Below, piece by piece: positions 57,596 to 61,733 of a DNA stretch of 61,733 nucleotides. The notes under the pieces were generated by a model. That model was given only the letters and a program-made list of their open reading frames with translations, had not been told where the DNA came from and made no database searches. Made by a program: the position numbers and the translations under genes. Every line of letters begins with the position of its first letter. Position 1 is the stretch's first letter. This stretch comes from an uncultured virus (IMG/VR IMGVR_UViG_3300023371_000086) (lineage: Duplodnaviria > Heunggongvirae > Uroviricota > Caudoviricetes), in the IMG/VR virus record IMGVR_UViG_3300023371_000086. One strand, 5' to 3'.

Positions 57596-58135
57596 TTAAG
57601 AATTGTTTGGTTTACTAGGGCTTCCAAGTTGTTCGAGCAAGGTGTTAAGCATGCCTTTCATTTCGGATAGTTCTCTTTTTAGCTCTTTGTTCTCCGCTTC
57701 GATTCTTTGGCGCTCAGCAACTTCAGGATTGAGCTGCATAAGTATCTTATCGCAGCCGCCAGAAATTTCTCTATGCATTGCTAGAGTCTCTTCAGACAGA
57801 GCAATATCGCTTATTTGTTTGTACGCGAGTACCTCAGCGTTGATAGCATCTCTGCTACATGATATGAACAGGCCATTGCCGCAGTCCTGTATATCTGCAG
57901 TTGGAGTAAGTCCTTCTACGGGTTGCACTTTGTCAGGAAGCTTTACAGTCATGTCTACTACTTGCTCCTGTGGTTGAGGAGGAAATTGAGGCATGAATGA
58001 TTGTCCCTGAGTAGGTACAGGATATTTTTGACGTGTATTAGGTTCAGACATAACCTGTCCAATATCGAGCTTAGGAGAACTCGTCTTATAGAAGAAGTAT
58101 ACTGTACTTCCTGGTCTTAAATCTTTGAAAGCCAT
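57596..58135 (-). CDS. hypothetical coiled-coil protein (module gene 3, right copy)
   Basis: Homolog of 1124..1642. Confidence 0.8.
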   Translation of the reverse strand: MAFKDLRPGSTVYFFYKTSSPKLDIGQVMSEPNTRQKYPVPTQGQSFMPQFPPQPQEQVVDMTVKLPDKVQPVEGLTPTADIQDCGNGLFISCSRDAINAEVLAYKQISDIALSEETLAMHREISGGCDKILMQLNPEVAERQRIEAENKELKRELSEMKGMLNTLLEQLGSPSKPNNS

Positions 58136-58149
58136 AGTTTTGTAAATTT

Positions 58150-58524
58150 TTAGTTAGATGCTCCTGCTGCAGCTGTTGGTGCTGTTGTAGGATGTACGTA
58201 GAGCACACCATCTTCTGAGTCATAGATAGCATCATAGATGCCAGCTCTAGCGACGTCAGCTGCAGTCAGTGGCTCTCCTGTATCATAATTCACAGCCGCC
58301 TGAGAATTGCCATTTGTAGCAAATACTACTGGCAAAGTTTCAGTAGTGCCAGCTGGAATAGCAGGCAACTTAAACAGCAATTTGCCGATGAAAGGAGCGT
58401 TAAGGAATGGATGATTCTGGAAACTGAAACGTACCTCAGTAGCGGTGACAGTCACCGCCGTTGCTCTGAGACGTGGTATGCCTTGGCTATTAGCCAGCAT
58501 ATATGGAGCTATTGGATATGACAT
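58150..58524 (-). CDS. small beta-rich protein (module gene 2, right copy)
   Basis: Homolog of 1665..2030. Confidence 0.8.
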   Translation of the reverse strand: MSYPIAPYMLANSQGIPRLRATAVTVTATEVRFSFQNHPFLNAPFIGKLLFKLPAIPAGTTETLPVVFATNGNSQAAVNYDTGEPLTAADVARAGIYDAIYDSEDGVLYVHPTTAPTAAAGASN

Positions 58525-58545
58525 ATCAACCTCCTTTTTTACTGA

Positions 58546-59553
58546 TTAACCCCAACCTCCGTTATTACCGCACAGACCGTATGGATAGCCGTATCCGCCG
58601 TATGGGTAGCCGTATCCGCCACAAGCTGGAACTACTTGATAAGCTGACCTTACGTCTGTATTTACTCTCACATAGTTATCTGGACAAGAGATAACCTTAG
58701 TCTCCGGAAGCTTGCACTGAATGTCGTTAACATCACGTACAAGTCCTGCAACAGCAGCATTGACTGGTGCGAGAGCCTGACCAAGCATCTGGCCAAAAGC
58801 CTGTGACTGCTGGAAGTTATTGATAACAACAGCCTGCTCACCAATTCTACGATCGCGCTCAGAAAGCTCGCGCTGCATTTCACGCATCTCAGCAGCACGT
58901 TGGCCGGCGAGAATAGCTTCTGTTGAAGCTGCAACAGCTTTCTCGATTGCGCAAGTTTGGTCACGAGTAGCGTAGCCGAGGTCAGAAGCAGCTCTGAGAA
59001 CGGAGTTCTCAACAGAATTGATGTCGCGCTGAAGAGTGTTTGTTTGGTTGCTGAGAAGGCTCTTGAGATCGCAGCAGCAATTACAGATTTGCTGTGTAAG
59101 TGCCATGTTACCCTGCTGGATAGCATTGATAACCTGCTGACCAGTCATACCTACTTGGTTGCCAACATTGCAAATTTGGCTTGAAACCTGTTGAATGGCT
59201 GTCTGAACCTGTCCAATAGAGCAGTTGAGAGTACTTGCAAGCTGGCTGATGTCAATGCCGTTACGCTGAATAGCGTCCATAACCATTGTAAAGCCTGCGC
59301 CATTGTTCTGATTACCACCAAAGCCGAGGCCGTTGTTGCCATTGAAAATAGCAGCTACTACGATAAGAGCAATAATCGCATCAATACCAAAGCCACCATT
59401 GCCAAAGCCACCATTCCGACCGCCACACATAGTGAGAACAGCGTTAGCATCAAGACCTTTCTGCTGACAAGCAGATGCAAGAATGCCCGCGAGGAAGTTA
59501 TTACCTCCATTGTCAGGAACCACGATGGTTTCTTCTACACATGAATTTTTCAT
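58546..59553 (-). CDS. Gly/Asn-rich, single-TM, CCC-motif coiled-coil protein (module gene 1, right copy)
   Basis: IIALIVVAAIF, NCCCDLK, GYGYPYG repeats; homolog of 2042..2914. Confidence 0.85.
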   Translation of the reverse strand: MKNSCVEETIVVPDNGGNNFLAGILASACQQKGLDANAVLTMCGGRNGGFGNGGFGIDAIIALIVVAAIFNGNNGLGFGGNQNNGAGFTMVMDAIQRNGIDISQLASTLNCSIGQVQTAIQQVSSQICNVGNQVGMTGQQVINAIQQGNMALTQQICNCCCDLKSLLSNQTNTLQRDINSVENSVLRAASDLGYATRDQTCAIEKAVAASTEAILAGQRAAEMREMQRELSERDRRIGEQAVVINNFQQSQAFGQMLGQALAPVNAAVAGLVRDVNDIQCKLPETKVISCPDNYVRVNTDVRSAYQVVPACGGYGYPYGGYGYPYGLCGNNGGWG

Positions 59554-59736
59554 GATGATTATAAATCAGAATGTTAATAAAAATGTACCTAAGTGCCTCT
59601 CTAGAAAAGGCAACTTTTTCTATTGGTAAATATAACAAATTTTATACCGTTAATAACCAATTTTAACAGATTTAACATTTTTTTCTTTCTCATTTTTGCT
59701 ATAGAATAGACTAAAAAAGCAGTTAGCAAACATGAA

Positions 59737-60036
59737 TTAGAAAGCTTCGCCATTAGCGATTTTAGCTTCAAGACCTGAGATTGCTTCTGCGATAGCGGTC
59801 GCGAGTTCAACCTCCCTGCCTTTCAGAAGGTTCATCTGCACGCGCTGATTCTCTGGACCGAAGTGGTCATACATATTGAAGTCGGCAAGAGACTTGTCGT
59901 TCTCCATCACCTGACCTCCTGTAATGGTCTTGAGTTTTGCTGTGGCGTTATCGACAGCGAAGCCGAATGTAACCTTGAGGTCGCCCTGCTCTGTTGTGTA
60001 GTTGCCAGTAGTGGCAAGATTCGTAATGTTTCCCAT
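59737..60036 (-). CDS. tail-cassette small protein
   Basis: Homolog of 6315..6629. Confidence 0.8.
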   Translation of the reverse strand: MGNITNLATTGNYTTEQGDLKVTFGFAVDNATAKLKTITGGQVMENDKSLADFNMYDHFGPENQRVQMNLLKGREVELATAIAEAISGLEAKIANGEAF

Positions 60037-60057
60037 GTCTGTATCGTTTTTAAGGGG

Positions 60058-60570
60058 TTAATCTTTCAGAAGTTCTGCGATCTCCGCATCGTCGACCTCG
60101 GTCTTAGGCTCGACATATCCCTTGAACATAGGAGCAAGCACCTGCATGGTCGCAGGAGTGATGTTCTGCTCCGCTTCTCTGCATGCCTTGCAGAACTCCT
60201 TGCGGTCCACCTGCGTCAGCTCCATGGATACATCCTTGTCAAGCCACTTGTCGAGAGCCTTGTTGAGTCTCTTGAGCTGGGTCTGCACATCCTTGTAGTT
60301 GTCGTTGATGACAGCCTGAACCGCTGACCTCTTGATGCCTTCAAGGGCGTTCATCTTCGTTGTCAGCTCGTCGTAAGCCGTGAGCCTTTCCTTGTCGATG
60401 GTCTCGACGGTCTTCTTCCTCAGTTCCTCCTGCGCCTTGCCGAGAGTGCTGTTGACCTCTGAAAGAGCAAGAGTGTTGCCGAGGATCGCGTCCGTCATTT
60501 CGTCACTCATCTTGTTGAGCTTGATGCCCAGGACTGCCTGGTACATCGCGATTGCTGTGTTTCTTTTCAT
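60058..60570 (-). CDS. tail-cassette helical protein
   Basis: Homolog of 6653..7165. Confidence 0.8.
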   Translation of the reverse strand: MKRNTAIAMYQAVLGIKLNKMSDEMTDAILGNTLALSEVNSTLGKAQEELRKKTVETIDKERLTAYDELTTKMNALEGIKRSAVQAVINDNYKDVQTQLKRLNKALDKWLDKDVSMELTQVDRKEFCKACREAEQNITPATMQVLAPMFKGYVEPKTEVDDAEIAELLKD

Positions 60571-60592
60571 TGTATATCTGTTTTAAGAGTTG

Positions 60593-61720
60593 TTATGATG
60601 GCCGTATAGTCTGGTCAACAGGCCTTGAAGCTCGGTAGTCCGAATTACCATTGAGCTGCACCATGAACTGCATACCTGCCACAATGGATGTCTTGACCGT
60701 AATCGTTCCCGTAATCTTCTTTGTCTCTCCGCCTTGAATGACGAAGTTCGCAGGAGTACCTTCGACGAAGGTCTCGTTGGTTGCGATAAGGTCATCCCAG
60801 TTCTTACCCGAAAGACGATGCCTGACTTCATTGCCCGTCATGGTTATCGCTCCGAGGCTGTTATTAGTCACGGTGATGGTGTATGTCAGTCTTGTTGCTC
60901 CACTGTAATATGATGTAACATCTATCACGATAGCCTTCTCTGCCACAACCATAGTCTTGCCCTTGACATAAGGAACGGTAAAGACATTAGCGGGCGCTAT
61001 CATGTTTCCGTCCGTAGCCGTCATCTTCACGGACGAGAAGAACGGATATACACGATATGTGCCTACTGCCAATCCCGCTGACGGAAGCTCGACCGAGATT
61101 CCTGCATTCTTGATAGGGCTTGCAGATGTCAGCCTTTGAGTAGTACCGTCACCCGCTACAAGCGCTATTCCGATGTAGCTGTTCTCGATGGCAGGGAAGT
61201 CCCTGTATGTAAGACTGTCCGTCCCCTCCTGCGGAATGATGAAAGTCGCGGAAATCTGCGTGTTCAAGTCTTTTGCAATGCGGGACGGTACTGACCATCC
61301 ACCTATGAACGGAAGGGCATCATGCTTGTATCCGTCCATGTCTCTGATTCGGTTATACTCTGGAGGATTCACGGATGTTCCTCGCGGATGCAGATACTCC
61401 CATCCGTTGTAATCGTCCGCATTGTCATACTTGTCGGCTATTCCCGTCACATCCACCGTACTACTGACCGTGGCATTGGTAATGTCGAATCCCTGATTCA
61501 CCGCCCTTCGCGCTGTATCCCTTTCTGCGTCCGATGCGAAGAAAGGAACACTTGAACGGAAGAACTTATACTTTGCATTCGGGTTAATCATCCCCGATGC
61601 CACGATGTCCTCAAAGTCACTTGATGCGGAGTTAATCAGCCCCGCGAGCTGTTGACACAGAGCCGTGTGGGTCTCCGTGTTGTTGTCTGCCATTGTGAAT
61701 ACGTTACCATTAACTGCCAT
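60593..61720 (-). CDS. putative receptor-binding/tail-tip adhesin, allele B
   Basis: 375 aa; shares first 38 aa with 7376..8680; Ig-like C-terminus (YTITVTNN...IQGGETKKITG). Confidence 0.65.
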   Translation of the reverse strand: MAVNGNVFTMADNNTETHTALCQQLAGLINSASSDFEDIVASGMINPNAKYKFFRSSVPFFASDAERDTARRAVNQGFDITNATVSSTVDVTGIADKYDNADDYNGWEYLHPRGTSVNPPEYNRIRDMDGYKHDALPFIGGWSVPSRIAKDLNTQISATFIIPQEGTDSLTYRDFPAIENSYIGIALVAGDGTTQRLTSASPIKNAGISVELPSAGLAVGTYRVYPFFSSVKMTATDGNMIAPANVFTVPYVKGKTMVVAEKAIVIDVTSYYSGATRLTYTITVTNNSLGAITMTGNEVRHRLSGKNWDDLIATNETFVEGTPANFVIQGGETKKITGTITVKTSIVAGMQFMVQLNGNSDYRASRPVDQTIRPS

Positions 61721-61733
61721 ATCTTAACCTCCT
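61607..61733 (+). repeat. 127-bp exact direct repeat, copy 2 (contig end)
   Basis: Identical to 8567..8693. Confidence 0.95.

Noticed and set aside
8694..61733. Integrated prophage
   Set aside because: No integrase, att-flanked host genes or bacterial housekeeping DNA; the sequence closes on itself.

Overview
Tailed phage DNA, most likely from a Bacteroidales host (TAnnTTTG promoters, RprY-like gene, Bacteroidota-style lysis genes). The last 127 bp (61607-61733) are identical to 8567-8693, so the contig is a lasso. Positions 8694-61733 close into an apparently complete 53,040-bp siphovirus-like genome with no recognisable integrase. Positions 1-8566 look like part of a second, related phage joined at a shared tail-fibre cassette. 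The circle encodes terminases, portal, scaffold, capsid, tail and tape measure, an S74-chaperoned tail fibre, a + strand early region with five repeated promoters, a PolA/VapE-primase-helicase/SNF2/VRR-NUC/DUF2800/DUF2815 replication module and a lysis cassette. Main points of interest: (i) a candidate cytosine-hypermodification operon with two thymidylate-synthase-fold enzymes of the dCMP type, a carbamoyltransferase, a kinase and a dUTPase; (ii) an uncharacterised six-gene module next to the lysis genes, present in both phages and ending in an HExxH peptidase; (iii) an RNA island with tRNA-Gln, a 197-nt tRNA scaffold whose anticodon loop is replaced by about 100 nt of cargo, and three more structured elements; (iv) two homologous inverted iteron-rich cis-elements on opposite sides of the circle; (v) a captured RprY-like regulator with a degenerate receiver; (vi) an Acb2/Tad1-like candidate anti-defence protein. 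All functional calls come from manual motif recognition; no searches were run.
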